The notes below the pieces were generated by a model that was given only the letters and a program-made list of their open reading frames with translations, was not told the origin of the DNA and did not search any database. Below, piece by piece: positions 10,465-23,157 of a DNA stretch of 64,000 nt. Origin of the DNA: Massalongia carnosa (taxonomy: Eukaryota); assembly GCA_965645245.1 (NCBI GenBank), contig OZ287086.1, forward strand, positions 124,001 through 188,000, written 5' to 3'. The translations under genes and the position numbers were made by a program. Each line of letters begins with the position of its first letter. The first letter of the stretch is position 1.

Positions 10465-13400
10465 TGTGAGCCAGAGAATACTATGAAAGAAGAAAGTGAA
10501 GTCACAAATAATCAAATAATCATCCACTTCTCCTTCTGACGAGTACGCTACTTTCGATTATCAACAAGCGGTATTATTTCTGGCTAGTTCATGTGACCTC
10601 GTATTGCTTCTGTTTCTAAGGTTGGCGGAAACACAGCGATCTGCACCTCGCTGGCGCCGTCACTCTCGCCGGCGCCTCTACCTAGCGCCCCCTTTCGGGC
10701 CTTGGTGCAGATCGCGGTGGATGCTCCCTCTACCTCTGCGGCTGAGACCTGGAGTGGGTGGGCGGGTCAAAAACTACTATGCAGTGCTACCTCCGAATCC
10801 AAGATGATGAGGAGATGTAGGACTGCTTTTGACCTCTATATAGCCTCCATCTCCCCTGTCATCCATCCTTCCCTATCTGATCCCCCGTCGTTATCCGAAC
10901 CAGCCAAAACCGAAGAGGTCCGGATTTTGCATTACCTGTTGTCCCCGTCATGCGTGGAGAACCGCTGGTAACCGATCCGCTGGTAGCCGAATAGCATCGG
11001 TCCCGTACTAGCTCTCGCCATAGACGAACTAGTTAGCTGCGATTAGTTTACGATAATGCTTCTACACTACCATATCTTTATAACGTTACCTAATAGTTAC
11101 GGTTGTATCATTATGTAACGTTGGGTAATGTTTTCTATCAATGTTTTACCACCATGAGGGGATAACGTTACATAATGATGAGTAGCATAATTGGGTAACC
11201 ATTACCCAACAATCGGGTAACCATTACATCATTTAACGTATAATGATGACTCATGATGCATTAAAACTTAGTTTGGAACATGCGACTCAATATTACATGC
11301 TCACTGGCGCCGCCGCCAAATCTGAATCCTGAATTAAAATCGAAGAAAAAACTTGTATTTAATCTGTCTCGAGGATATCTAATGATTAGACTTTCTCATA
11401 TAGACAACGATACCCAGATCACATTATCTTCATATGTAAAACCTGTACAGTCTATGTCTGCCCGGCTCTTCCCGCCTTCCTTTCTTTAAGCTCAGTCCGA
11501 CCGATCAAGAAACAACAGTCCAGTGGATCAATTCCAAGCCTAGAAAAACTTAACTCGCCTTATTCGGTAGAATTATCGTTATCTTCATCCTCTGCCAGCG
11601 GTGTTGTATTATTCGAATCTAAAGCAGTATCGAGATTGGGATTTTGATCTAAAGTTAAGCCGTCACTTAGAGACGCAAGACCATACTCTAATACGTCAGG
11701 GGTATAAAAGTCCCTGTTTAAATTAGTTCATGAAGAAACTTTACCACAGAAAGATAAGAGTTATTCAGTTTGACGTACCAGTCTGCGTCTATATTCATCA
11801 AATTCTTATCAACCCGGAACCAGAAACTTCCTTCTTTCTTTTCCCTCTGCTCAAGAACAACATATCTCTATCATTCATTGATATTAGCTTTTGCAATAAA
11901 CAAGATGCAAGATAATAATATGAAGGGAAGCCTACCCAACAAGCTGCTACTTCCCACAAAGACATGTCATTGTCCAAATGTTTGGTCTCCGAGTCCACTT
12001 CTGACCTTAGGCATTCGGCAAAATCCGCAAGAGGTTTATCGACAATATCTTGACACTTGAGGAGTCGTTCCTTTAGTTTAGCCTTTTCCTCTATGCGGAT
12101 TTTCCCCACTAAAGCGACAGCATTGTCTGGAAGTATTAGATCGGAAGGAAAATAACCTCGTAATGAGGTCTTAACTATAGTATTAGCTATGGAATACCAA
12201 ACGAGCCTAATCATAACGTACTAATACTTGCTTGGGATCGCTCCATGTGCTTTCTTTGTATCGTTCCAAAGTTAAGCGTCGGCGTATTATGGGTCTGATT
12301 ATCTGCAAACATGAGCCACAAGTATTATACTGAAAGATTACACAAACCGCCCGTAGCTCTGTGGCATATTTTGTAGGTTTGGCTTCCTTTTCAATCCCTG
12401 TGATCTCCTTCCTATTTTGCAACTGAAGCTTGTATATAGATGCTAGTTGGTACCCCGTGGAACTCTAATATGTATCATTAAAAAGCATGTGCTAAATAAA
12501 ACATGAAAAATTAAACGTGGTGCGATTACATATTAAGAGAGGGAACAAGTTCATGCCATACCTTGATAAAAGTTTCTGTAGCACGTCGACCTAGATAGAA
12601 ATCTAATAGGGACTATGTACGAAAACTAGTAATATGAAGAAAGAAAGCTATATATAGATCGCCGCTTAATAAACACTCATACCCGTGCTAAGCCTACTGC
12701 AGGTTTTCATTACCATCGTTGAACTGTTTATACCACGAGTATTGATAATGTCACTACAGGCAGTGCTAGATCTGTTTTCGGTTAGATAAGGTAAATAGCC
12801 CTACGTCATGTGTAGCCTGATCTTAGAGCGGTGTAATCCGTTACATAATTAGAATTTTCTTTTTATTTAAAGATAAGAATTCAAGTTTTATTCAAACAAT
12901 ATGCAAGTACGTCGCGTAATGGTTGGGTTTTTCGTCACAAAATTGCTTTTTCGTCTTCGAATTTGAAACGGGGAGACCTTCTCCCAGCAGGCATTCACTA
13001 CTGGAAGATAGGATCCACAGGGGCTACACAACGTGATGGTCACAATAGAGGTATAAATAGGTTGGGTCGGGTCAAAGGGTAGACTAAATGCTACCCTTTT
13101 AAAGTGCTTGATCATTGATCTATATAGGATAGGACAATCCATAACCTAAGCTCTTCTTCCATACCTTGCCCATACTACCTGGTATTTTCGGACTCCGAAA
13201 TACTTCGGACACCAAAAGACACGGGTAGATAAGACTAGGCAGGTGAGCTAGGGGAGGTGAGGCGAGGCGAGGGGATAATTCGTGTACTACGAAAACACCT
13301 CCATAATAAGTTAAGTCCCCACACTATGCCTAACTGGGTTAGGCGGGACCTTATTGTCTTGGTGGTTGTTTTGGCTGTACGTATCCCACATAGCTACATA

Positions 13401-14615
13401 GGCCAGTCTTACGTTCAACGAACGCATACTAGGCCTACCCTATTACATCTAGCCCCTATCGAAAGTGCTAAGACAGCCACAACAACTACAAACAGCTATT
13501 CCGCAGCCGCCACCAGAGGTCAAGCCTCCGAGGCCCCCCCGATTCCCCGCCGCACCAAGCCAATCACTTCTTCAAAAAAAACCGAACCCTTACCACAAGA
13601 AGTTCGTCAGGCCAGAGCAATGACCGTAGTCATTTCCAGCGCAAGCGACAAGGAAAAAATAAAGAACATGTCCACAAAAGATCTCGTGGAGACACTACAA
13701 GCAGAAACGGAGGGGATTCGGGGAGTATCGCGACTCATCAGCGGAGATCTCAAAATTCACACGGAATCACTAGAAGTCAAAAAGACTCTTCAAGAAAAGT
13801 CGGAATGGACCCGAAAAATAGCCGACTCAGCGGCGATTAAGACACGGACATACTCGGTCAGAGTAAATAGTGTCAAGATGGAACACATCAAAACCGCCAA
13901 CCAATCGCAGGCCATAGGGTACCTGCAGACCGCTAACGTTCGCCTGTACCCGGACCTGCAGATAAAGAAAATAGCCTGGTCCACTAGGGCTATAAGGGAA
14001 AAGAAGGCGTTCTCCACGGTACATATAGAAGTCGCCACCGCCGAAACGGCTAATCGGGTCATAGCCGAGGGTATCATAATCGACTATGAACTCAAAGACT
14101 GTGAAAGATTCACAAAGGGATGCACCATGACGCAATGTTTTAATTATCACAATTATAGTTATATAGGTCGATCATTTATCAACCCCACCGCCTGCGGTCA
14201 CTGTGCTGGGGCTCACCTAGCACTGAAGGCAACATGGAAAAAACAGGTAGATATCGAAGATGTGCTGCATGCAGTGAAAAGGGACACGAAGCCTGGTCAA
14301 CATCCTGCGATATCAGGAAAGTCGAAAAACGCAAAGCAGAGAGGGCCATGCAAAAACGGGTCCTATTCTACACAGTAGTCGCCCCCGTACCGGCCCCGTT
14401 CAGGTTCAAGAGCGAAAACATCAACCCGGTCCTTGGCAGCACAAATAGCAACAAGAGGAAAACCGCACCCCCCTCCGATACCCCCCCGAATACCCCATGA
14501 ACGGGAACATCCTGGCTGACACTGTAATACGGATGGCGCTAGAGGGATACGTGATCGCCTACGGCGGTTGCGGGATTAACTAGCATGAGCCAAGCCGTAG
14601 TACTTAGTCGCATAG

Positions 14616-17600
14616 TGTCAAACCTGAATGTGGTCGATTCTCATCGCCGATCCTCGACCCCCTGTCGCGGCAGATGCCGCTAAGCTACGCCATTTCTTCC
14701 ACACCTTTACCCCTCAATTTGCCGGGGTTAATATCGTTGCTGCCATGACCCCTTTTCCCTTCTATATAGGTAGCTAGATGTGGGCATTTCCCACATACAG
14801 AACACAGCCTTTTTCATCCTTCCTGAATTCATGTGAAAGGTTGACAGTTATGAGCCCGGGTTAGCTGAATTTTTCGCTGCCTCCGTCTTAACTTTAGTTA
14901 TTGGTAAGCTGATTTATCGCTGCCTTCATCGACCCCGAAATATCCTAGGCAGGCTGAGTATCGCCGCCGGAATTATCGTATCTCTCATGGAGCATCGCAG
15001 AGTTGATTTATTCCTCGTGCTTCTGTTTTCCTTTGCCTTTTTGGTCGTTTCCCTGTTTTTCCCATCTGTCTCCATCTTTGGTCGGTTATCCCAAATGGAA
15101 GACTACTCGTCGGGATCGTCTCGGAAACTCATCGTCTCGGCTCTGACGCCTAGGACCTACAATTCCTGGTTGTCGGAAATCAAGGGTATCGCAGTACGAT
15201 CTCAGGTATGGGAGTACGTCGATCCGGAAGGATCAGAATCGGAACCTACCATTCCCAAATTTCCCAAATTCAGTGATTACGTCAAAGTCGTCCCGGTTAA
15301 TACGCCTGGCACTGACTCTACCAATATCCCTACGCCTGCTATTGTCGCTTCTCAAGGTTCTTCTCAAGGGACAGTTCTCGGCGATTTAAATGGCCCGCCG
15401 GTCCTGATTCCCGAACCATGTTCTCGGTATGCCGATCTCTCGGAATCACAGAAGGAGTCGTACAATGCAGATGAACGGTCACATCGAGGGCTTCAGGCAG
15501 ATGCCAGGGCCGCAGCCATGGGAATTGAGAAGGTTCATACGGTCATCCTAGAGTCGGCTAAAGATTATGTCGCCAGGAATGTCAGATCATCCTCGGTTCG
15601 AGAAATTCTTCAGCCCCTGGCCCATAAATTCAAAAAGAGTCCGGACGAAGTTCAAAGGCAGATCGATCGCCAATACGACGAGTTGAGAAATTCTCACCCG
15701 GTGAAAGGGAAGATCGAATCTTGGATCTGCCAATGGGAAACGCTGAGGGAAGAAATCGTTGCTTTGAAAGTTGAACCCATCTATAGTGAGTATATCTACA
15801 CTCAGCACTTTCTGAAAGCCGCTCGGATATGGGCACCATTCTTTTGCGACACCTGGATCAAGATACGAAATGTATCAGGTCGTCCCCTTAAATTCTTCGA
15901 GGCCGCCAATGAGTATCGGACCGAGATAGAAGAAAATGCAATCAGCACTGGTCGTCGTCAGCAGCTCTCGGCGAATTCCGCTTCTCTGCAAGGACAGTCT
16001 TCTTCCGATCAGGGAAATTCCACTTCTGACGATAGCAAGTACGGCAATAGCGAATGCCTTTGCGGCGAAACTCACTCCTGGAAAAGATGCCCTTATTTGA
16101 CAGTCGAGTCTAGAATCTCGGGATGGAAATTCAATAAGGAGATACGCGACCACATCCGACAAAAAATCGGGTCCAATTCCAAGCTTTATTGGTATGTCAA
16201 ACGCGCCGCTACATCCGACATTCTCAACGGCATCTCCGAGCCTGATGAACCTTTGAAACCTCGATATCGAGGAAGAGGTGGAGGTCGAGGGGGTCGCGGA
16301 GATGGAGGTCGTGGCCGAGGCAATGGCAATGCTCCCGCCGAGCTCCCTGTTGTCGAGAATGCTCCAGTCTCTTTTGGAAATACTATCTCGGATCGCGACA
16401 ATCTGCTTCATCTCAGCGTCTCCTACGACTCGGGATGCTCCAATCATCTGACCTGGGACAAATCCCGGTTTATTGACGAAATCATCCCGGCATACGAATG
16501 GGTCTCGACTCCCGACGGAGATCTCCTTATTGAAGGTTTTGGGACAATGTTGGTGAATGGGACACTAAAAGGGAAGAATCAGCCTCTGCATTTTCGACAC
16601 ACAGCATACGTTCCCGACTCATCGGTGACTTTGATTTCGGTCAGCAAGCTGAAAAAGGATGGATTTCTGTGGAACATGCATACGGACACGGTCGAGAAGA
16701 AGGGTATTTCAATCTTCGAATTGGAAGAGCATTTCGGTCTCTACACTGCCGAGTATCGTCCCGTTGGCCACGCTGGTGCTTTCGCAAATTTCGTCGGTTC
16801 CCGAGTCTCGGCAGATGCAATCCCAAAAGGCACGCCATGGAAATTTCATCTCCGCCTAGGACATTGCCAACCGGAAGTCATTAACCAGTTGTCGAATCAG
16901 AAGATGATTGAGATTTCAAGAGGTAACAGTGGTCAAGATGCTCCAAAGACAGTGAAATGTGAGACGTGCGCATTGTCAAAAATGCATACACTAGTATCAA
17001 GGGTCTCGGCTACTAAAGCCACTAAACCATTCCAGCGTCTTCATTTTGACCTCATTATTTTGAAAAGGACTGCTTTCGATGGGACCACCTGCGTCGCTCA
17101 TTTTCAGGATGATTTCACCTCGTTTCATTGGGTCTTCCCCCTGCAAGATCATAAGCAGGAGACACTACTTAGGATTGTCAAGCATGTCATAAATCGGTGC
17201 GATCGACTCGGAGCCGAATTCGGTCTTTTCGTTCAGACCTTTCGAATGGATCAGGAAACGTCGGTTGGAGACGTCATTCAGGACTTCGTCAAGGAACAGG
17301 GAATCGCGTTTGAATGGTCCGCAAAGCATACTAAGGAGCAGAATGGGTCGGCTGAGAGGGCAGGAAGCCTTTTGACTCAGAAGGCTAGATGCATTCGCAT
17401 CGGCGCCGATTTGCCAGAAGATCTGTATCCCGAGTGCTATCTCGCTGCTGGACACTTGCTAAATAGGACGCCGACAAAAGGACTAGATTGGAAATCGCCT
17501 CACATCTCCCTGCACCGAGCCCTGAAGAAGCCATACAATTCCGAAATTGGTCATCTCAAGGTCTTTGGGTGCAAGGCATATCCCCTTTTGAAAGGTAAAG

Positions 17601-20447
17601 ATGCCCCGCCAAAAAGTGAGAAACTAGCCCCTCGAGCATTTGTTGGCTATCTGGTCGGATACGATTCTACAAACATTTATCGAGTCTGGAATCCCGAGAC
17701 CTGGTCGGTCAGCGGATATAGAGATGTTATCTTTGATGAGGATCAAACCTTCTCCACATACGTCAAAAAGGATCTGATTCCCGAAGAGAAGGTGGCCGAG
17801 TTTGTAGAGCTGGAAGTTTTCGATGCTGCTCCCTACATTGTTGATTTGGCAGAAAATGAGGAGCAATGGCTGGCGACATCTGTGCGCAATCGGTCATTTG
17901 CTGATCCTTCTTCGTCGGTTGAAAATTCGTCCGCACTGGATGTGCCCGCGTCGTTGACTGCGAAAGACGTCCCTATCATGCCGAGACATTCACCGAGTCA
18001 GCAGCATCTTCCGACTCCCGAAAGCACTCCGCCTCCATTGACTTCAGCACCTGCACCTACATCTTCTTCGTCAACATCTCGCGACAAACGGGTGGTAAAA
18101 GACAGTCTTCCGAGTAGCATAGATCTACCGACTGATCTGCCAGAAACCGGCCGGACGCCTCTCGGCATTGCCGAATCTTTTGGCACCGGTCCCAGTAGGA
18201 ATATCGGATCTGCCAAATTGGATGTCAGCAATATCGTCGAAGGAAAACGAGTCAGAAAACCGAAGCAGAAATTCGCAAATCTTGCAGCACCTCTCGGCAT
18301 CAGACCACTCGGCATCGCTTCGGAACCACTAGGGAATACAAACTCGAGATTGGATGACGGGATGAAGGAAGTTTATTTGGCATTTGCAGTGACCACTAGG
18401 TCGACCAGATTGCATAGGGACAGCCTGCCGCCGCCGCCGAAGCAGTGGCGAGGTATGCTTCGACATCCCCATGCAGAAGGATTTCGCAAAGCAGCCGAAT
18501 TTGAATATCAGACTCTTCTCAGAATGGACACCTTCGTCGTCATTCCCAAAACTTCCAATCAGAAGCCGCTTCCACTAATGTGGGTCTTTACATACAAGTT
18601 CGACCCGGATGGCTTTCTAGTAAAATACAAGGCACGCCTGGTAGTCCGAGGGGATTTGGAAGAAGTCTCGGCGGAAGATGTATACGCCTCTACGCTGGCA
18701 ATTAAGATCTTCAGGTGCCTCATGGCCCTGACGTCTGCTTTCGGACTCAGGACAAGGCAGTTTGACGCGATCAATGCCTTCCTAAATGCCAAAGCCGATA
18801 GGGTCATCCACGTGTACATGCCAGATGGTTTCGTCATCGAGGGGAAATGCTTGCTCCTGGTCCGGGCTTTGTACGGGCTTCGAAAATCGCCTCTACTATG
18901 GCTACGAGAATTTTCCAAAGCACTCACCTCATTGGACATGCAGCAGATCCCTGGCGAGCCCTGCCTTTTTACCGACTACTCTGGCATCATCCTCTTTTTC
19001 TATGTGGATGACATAGTCATCATCTTTCCGGAAAGTAGAGCTGCAGACGTAGATCTGCTGATTCAGAAGTTGAATGCTCGATTTGAATTACGCGACATGG
19101 GCCAATTGAGCTTCTTTCTCGGTGTACGGATTGTTCGAAATGCTGGCGACATTTATCTTTGTCAAGACTCCTACATGGACAAGTTGGCAATTGAATACGA
19201 GATAGACACGTCTAAATCTCCGTCATCCCCGCTACCGTCAGACTTCATCGCATTCACCTCTGCCTCGGCAGCTAGCCCAGACTCGGACTCGCCTCGGTCA
19301 GTCGACCAATCCCTGAGGCAGGAATATCGTAAAAAGGTAGGATCGATCTGCTATCCCGCGAATATCACTCGGCCGGACGTTGCCAAAGCTGCCTCCAAAT
19401 TGGCAGAGCATCTCACCTGTCCCGGTCTGGAGCATCTAGACGCGGCAAATCACTGCCTGCAATATCTACACGCGACTAAGTATCTGGCGATAAAATACTC
19501 ACCCTCGGGAGGTGGCGAGCTTACCGTGCAGTCTCCGGATGATGATCAGCTCTCGGCAAAGCATGTCTTCGAAAACACTGCCGATGCCAGCTTTGCAAAT
19601 AGTCCCGAGCGACGCAGCTACGAGGGTTTCACATTCAAGCTGTATGGCGGCATGATCGACTGGGCTGCCAGGAAGCAGGCGACCGTCTCAACTTCGACGA
19701 CAGAGGCAGAATTGCTTGCCCTTCTCCATGCCGGCAAGGCATGCATCTGGTGGATTAATTTCTTTGGCAAGCTGGGATTCGACTACGACCATTCGGTCAA
19801 AATCTACAATGATAACATGCAGACCATCCGCATTCTGACGTCGGAACAGCCCAAAGTTACCACCAAACTTCTGCATGTAGACATCGCTCAGTTGTGGTTG
19901 AGACAGAGCGTTCAATTTGGTCATCTCAATGTGGGTTATCTACAGACCAACCGGATGACGGCAGATGGTCTCACCAAGCCCTTGCCTCCGCAAAAGCATC
20001 GTTCCTTTCTGGAAATGCTAGGCCTTATTGATATCAAGTGTCTGATTTAGGAATGGGGCAGGCGGGAGTGAACCGGGCGGAATTCCTCTCGGCGGGCAGA
20101 AATTTCTTTTCACTGGCATCTCATTTTGATTTTGCAAGAATTGCACCTTTTTCTCGAATGGGAATTGCTTCATGTTTTCTTCTTTTGGTCAGGATGCTTC
20201 GCATCCTGGGGGGGTGTGTCAAACCTGAATGTGGTCGATTCTCATCGCCGATCCTCGACCCCCTGTCGCGGCAGATGCCGCTAAGCTACGCCATTTCTTC
20301 CACACCTTTACCCCTCAATTTGCCGGGGTTAATATCGTTGCTGCCATGACCCCTTTTCCCTTCTATATAGGTAGCTAGATGTGGGCATTTCCCACATACA
20401 GAACACAGCCTTTTTCATCCTTCCTGAATTCATGTGAAAGGTTGACA
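14616..20447 (+). mobile_element. Intact Ty1/Copia LTR retrotransposon
   Basis: 231-bp LTRs 14616-14846 and 20217-20447 appear identical (TGTCA...TGACA). TSD CATAG. PBS GTTATGAGCCC at 14847. G-run PPT before the 3' LTR. Confidence 0.97.
14987..20050 (+). CDS. Copia gag-pol polyprotein (possible real start at ATG 15095)
   Basis: Uninterrupted 1687 aa: CLCGETH...C knuckle, protease YDSGCSNH, HLRLGH..CETC, integrase D,D,E, RT YVDD, RNase H ADASF...ADGLTK, in Copia order. Confidence 0.96.
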   Translation: MEHRRVDLFLVLLFSFAFLVVSLFFPSVSIFGRLSQMEDYSSGSSRKLIVSALTPRTYNSWLSEIKGIAVRSQVWEYVDPEGSESEPTIPKFPKFSDYVKVVPVNTPGTDSTNIPTPAIVASQGSSQGTVLGDLNGPPVLIPEPCSRYADLSESQKESYNADERSHRGLQADARAAAMGIEKVHTVILESAKDYVARNVRSSSVREILQPLAHKFKKSPDEVQRQIDRQYDELRNSHPVKGKIESWICQWETLREEIVALKVEPIYSEYIYTQHFLKAARIWAPFFCDTWIKIRNVSGRPLKFFEAANEYRTEIEENAISTGRRQQLSANSASLQGQSSSDQGNSTSDDSKYGNSECLCGETHSWKRCPYLTVESRISGWKFNKEIRDHIRQKIGSNSKLYWYVKRAATSDILNGISEPDEPLKPRYRGRGGGRGGRGDGGRGRGNGNAPAELPVVENAPVSFGNTISDRDNLLHLSVSYDSGCSNHLTWDKSRFIDEIIPAYEWVSTPDGDLLIEGFGTMLVNGTLKGKNQPLHFRHTAYVPDSSVTLISVSKLKKDGFLWNMHTDTVEKKGISIFELEEHFGLYTAEYRPVGHAGAFANFVGSRVSADAIPKGTPWKFHLRLGHCQPEVINQLSNQKMIEISRGNSGQDAPKTVKCETCALSKMHTLVSRVSATKATKPFQRLHFDLIILKRTAFDGTTCVAHFQDDFTSFHWVFPLQDHKQETLLRIVKHVINRCDRLGAEFGLFVQTFRMDQETSVGDVIQDFVKEQGIAFEWSAKHTKEQNGSAERAGSLLTQKARCIRIGADLPEDLYPECYLAAGHLLNRTPTKGLDWKSPHISLHRALKKPYNSEIGHLKVFGCKAYPLLKGKDAPPKSEKLAPRAFVGYLVGYDSTNIYRVWNPETWSVSGYRDVIFDEDQTFSTYVKKDLIPEEKVAEFVELEVFDAAPYIVDLAENEEQWLATSVRNRSFADPSSSVENSSALDVPASLTAKDVPIMPRHSPSQQHLPTPESTPPPLTSAPAPTSSSSTSRDKRVVKDSLPSSIDLPTDLPETGRTPLGIAESFGTGPSRNIGSAKLDVSNIVEGKRVRKPKQKFANLAAPLGIRPLGIASEPLGNTNSRLDDGMKEVYLAFAVTTRSTRLHRDSLPPPPKQWRGMLRHPHAEGFRKAAEFEYQTLLRMDTFVVIPKTSNQKPLPLMWVFTYKFDPDGFLVKYKARLVVRGDLEEVSAEDVYASTLAIKIFRCLMALTSAFGLRTRQFDAINAFLNAKADRVIHVYMPDGFVIEGKCLLLVRALYGLRKSPLLWLREFSKALTSLDMQQIPGEPCLFTDYSGIILFFYVDDIVIIFPESRAADVDLLIQKLNARFELRDMGQLSFFLGVRIVRNAGDIYLCQDSYMDKLAIEYEIDTSKSPSSPLPSDFIAFTSASAASPDSDSPRSVDQSLRQEYRKKVGSICYPANITRPDVAKAASKLAEHLTCPGLEHLDAANHCLQYLHATKYLAIKYSPSGGGELTVQSPDDDQLSAKHVFENTADASFANSPERRSYEGFTFKLYGGMIDWAARKQATVSTSTTEAELLALLHAGKACIWWINFFGKLGFDYDHSVKIYNDNMQTIRILTSEQPKVTTKLLHVDIAQLWLRQSVQFGHLNVGYLQTNRMTADGLTKPLPPQKHRSFLEMLGLIDIKCLI

Positions 20448-20890
20448 CATAGCCGTCGAGGCTGACACGACGCCACCTTGCTACACAACTCCGAATTAGT
20501 TATTACTACGTTCTAGACTGCTTACAGATCAAACACCTGTCGAGGCCGTGGTGGTGGTAGATTGCCATAGAGTAAGGCGAACTCCTGTGGAGACTAGCCG
20601 TGAACTCTATATGGAATATACTGGCCTACTCGGAGCTACTCGATCTCTTGATGGATCAAAAGTTGTAGCAGGAGGCACGGCTAGCTGGACGCAGCTTGAG
20701 CTCGGCCTCCCCGGTGTAAACCTCAGCTTTAACCTTTATTGCTACGTTGGTAGTGATGTCGGCTGAATGAACATACATGACCTTGCGGTCTAGACCTTGT
20801 GTCTAGAGGCAGGTCCGCAGTGTAGATAGAGATTCAGTCGGAGGTAACCTTCCATCGCTACGTTGGTAGTGGTGACGGCGAAATGAAGCT

Positions 20891-21130
20891 TGTCAACCTT
20901 TCTGACCAATCACATGGATTCAGAAAGGATGAAAAGACTGTATTCTGTATGTGGGAAATGCCCACATCTAGCTACCTATATAGAAGGGAAAAGGGGTCAT
21001 GGCGGCAACGATATCAACCCCGGCAAATTGAGGGGTAAAGGTGGGAAAGAAATGGCGTAGTCTTAGCGGCATCTGCCGCGACAGGGGGACGAGGATCGGC
21101 GATGAGAATCGACCGCATTCAGGTTTGACA
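20891..21130 (-). mobile_element. Solo LTR of the same Copia family, inverted and diverged
   Basis: Reverse complement matches 14616-14846 with substitutions and a small indel. TSD AAGCT at 20886-20890 and 21131-21135. Confidence 0.92.
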
Positions 21131-22077
21131 AAGCTACATAGCCTCGGCGTCTAGACTTTATGTTTAGAGGCAGGCTAGCAATGTAGCGAGAGATCTAGCC
21201 GGAGGTAGAAGTGTTCTACCTTGCAAGGGAAGGTCTAGAAGGCTGCTCGAGGCTGACTAGATGATCCAGCGAACGCCGAGTTCGTAGATGGATCCTGAGG
21301 GATAGTTGGATGTAAGGCGATAAGGTCAGAAGTGGGTTGCAAGGATCCTAATGTTCCAAGGCTCCCAAGGCTATAGGCTTGGGTGAGTAGGATAAATACC
21401 AGATCGAATCCTGTAGTATTCGTTAGCAATTAGTCTTTATTCTATAAACAACCTACGTTTGGGTCTCGGACGAGATCGCTTGATCTGAGCACTTCCACAT
21501 CCATTAGTTCTTTGGATTACGTGTACTCTCGGAGACCAGCACGTAGTAGCTATCTTCTACCTCTCACGCTGAGCATTTCCCCTTTCGAGATCAGTGTCGC
21601 TCGTGATTAGCTTACAGGTCTCGTAGCCCATTACAGACACGGGCATCATGAATCAAGAAAACATGACAAAGGCCCTTGTAAAACCAGTTGTAGGTAGACC
21701 CCCACTCAGACCCCGAGCTGTATCTACTGCCCCGGCGATAATCAGAGCAAACAACACCACCAACGACCCCTCGACCTCCCAGGCCGAAGTAATGGACGTC
21801 CTATGAGGGACACGAAATCTCTCTCCATATTGCAGTACAATGTCAGAAATGACAGAGTAAGTACAATGTTACCCCACTTAGCCGATCCTAACACTCAAGA
21901 CTATGAAATTATCGCAATTTAGGAACCCTGGCGCAATCCATCTATTCCTACCACGTTAAGCTCTCATCAAAGTGGGTTTCATTTATTGTATCGCGCAAAT
22001 AGAGACACCAGAGTGTGTTTTTACATAAATGATACTATTGACCCTGATAGCTGGGAAGTAGAGTATCCGTCGGCCGA

Positions 22078-22525
22078 TGTCATGAAATCGAACCAACCCG
22101 ATCCAGAATCAATCCCGCAGATGAATCTGACTAAGCTCCCGTTCCTCTATTCAGCTTAGTCAGAATCTCATTAACTAAATCGAGTTTAGACCCCTCTCAA
22201 CGGCTTCAGGTCAAAGCTGTACCATCACCATCAAAGCGTACCAACGACAGGAGAACCTCATCTCCACCTTTTATCGTCAAACACCTCGTCAAACCTTCGT
22301 GCCGTACGTCTCCTAATAGGGGGAGATGAACACTGATCGAATCTTCATGCAAAGGGGTTCGAGACAAATATAAAAGGAAGGACAAGTTAATTAGATAGTT
22401 GACTCCTTGTCCGACGTCTTGTATAGCAATCCATCACCTAGCTATAGCCTTATTAATAAAGACATCTTGATCACCCAATCCAATTCCTAGGAACATTAGT
22501 TCAATCCCCTGCCCAGTCCTTGACA
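22078..22525. mobile_element. Solo LTR in the LINE 1 endonuclease region
   Basis: TGTCA...TGACA termini, TSD GCCGA; LINE coding sequence resumes after it. Confidence 0.9.
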
Positions 22526-22883
22526 GCCGACATTTGCACCCTAAAAATTCGTATGAAAATTGGAAACACATCAGACGTGATCTACATCCATAATGTGTAT
22601 AATCCCTCTCCTAATTCCTATTCTTCTATAGACAGTCCGTCCACGCTAGCAACAGTGAAACGCCAATTAATTGCAGAGACAAAACACATTTTACTGGGCG
22701 ACTTCAACCTACATCATCCATTGTGGAATCATTCGTCGAGGCCTACTCAATATGGGGAATCGGAACAATTACTGAACATAATTGAAGAGGCAAATATATC
22801 ACTAACAATTCCAAAAGGCACCATTACATGGGAGGCTAGACAATCGTCTAGCACAATCTATCTTGTATTCATGTCAGAAGAAT

Positions 22884-23157
22884 TGTTGAATATCCAATTC
22901 CTACCAGCACAATGAACACCTATCAGTACGATGAACATAGCACCTACGGCTGCCCTAGATGGACAGATCATCTACGGAAACTGTAGATGCCGCATTAGGC
23001 TTAGTCCTAAGATAAGATAAGATCACCTCGCTTAGAAGGGGGTGACCAGTAATAGGAAAAGATTGCTGCCTAGCAACTCTTCATCCTTAACATCACGGTC
23101 ATACATACCTTTATTATTACATAGCCATATAGCAATAGTCATAAACCTATTTCAACA
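22884..23157. mobile_element. Solo LTR in LINE 1 (same family as 56900-64000)
   Basis: TGTTGAA...TTCAACA termini, TSD AGAAT. Confidence 0.92.

Noticed and set aside
10593..10950. Solo LTR TGTGAC...CGTCA
   Set aside because: No matching TSD.
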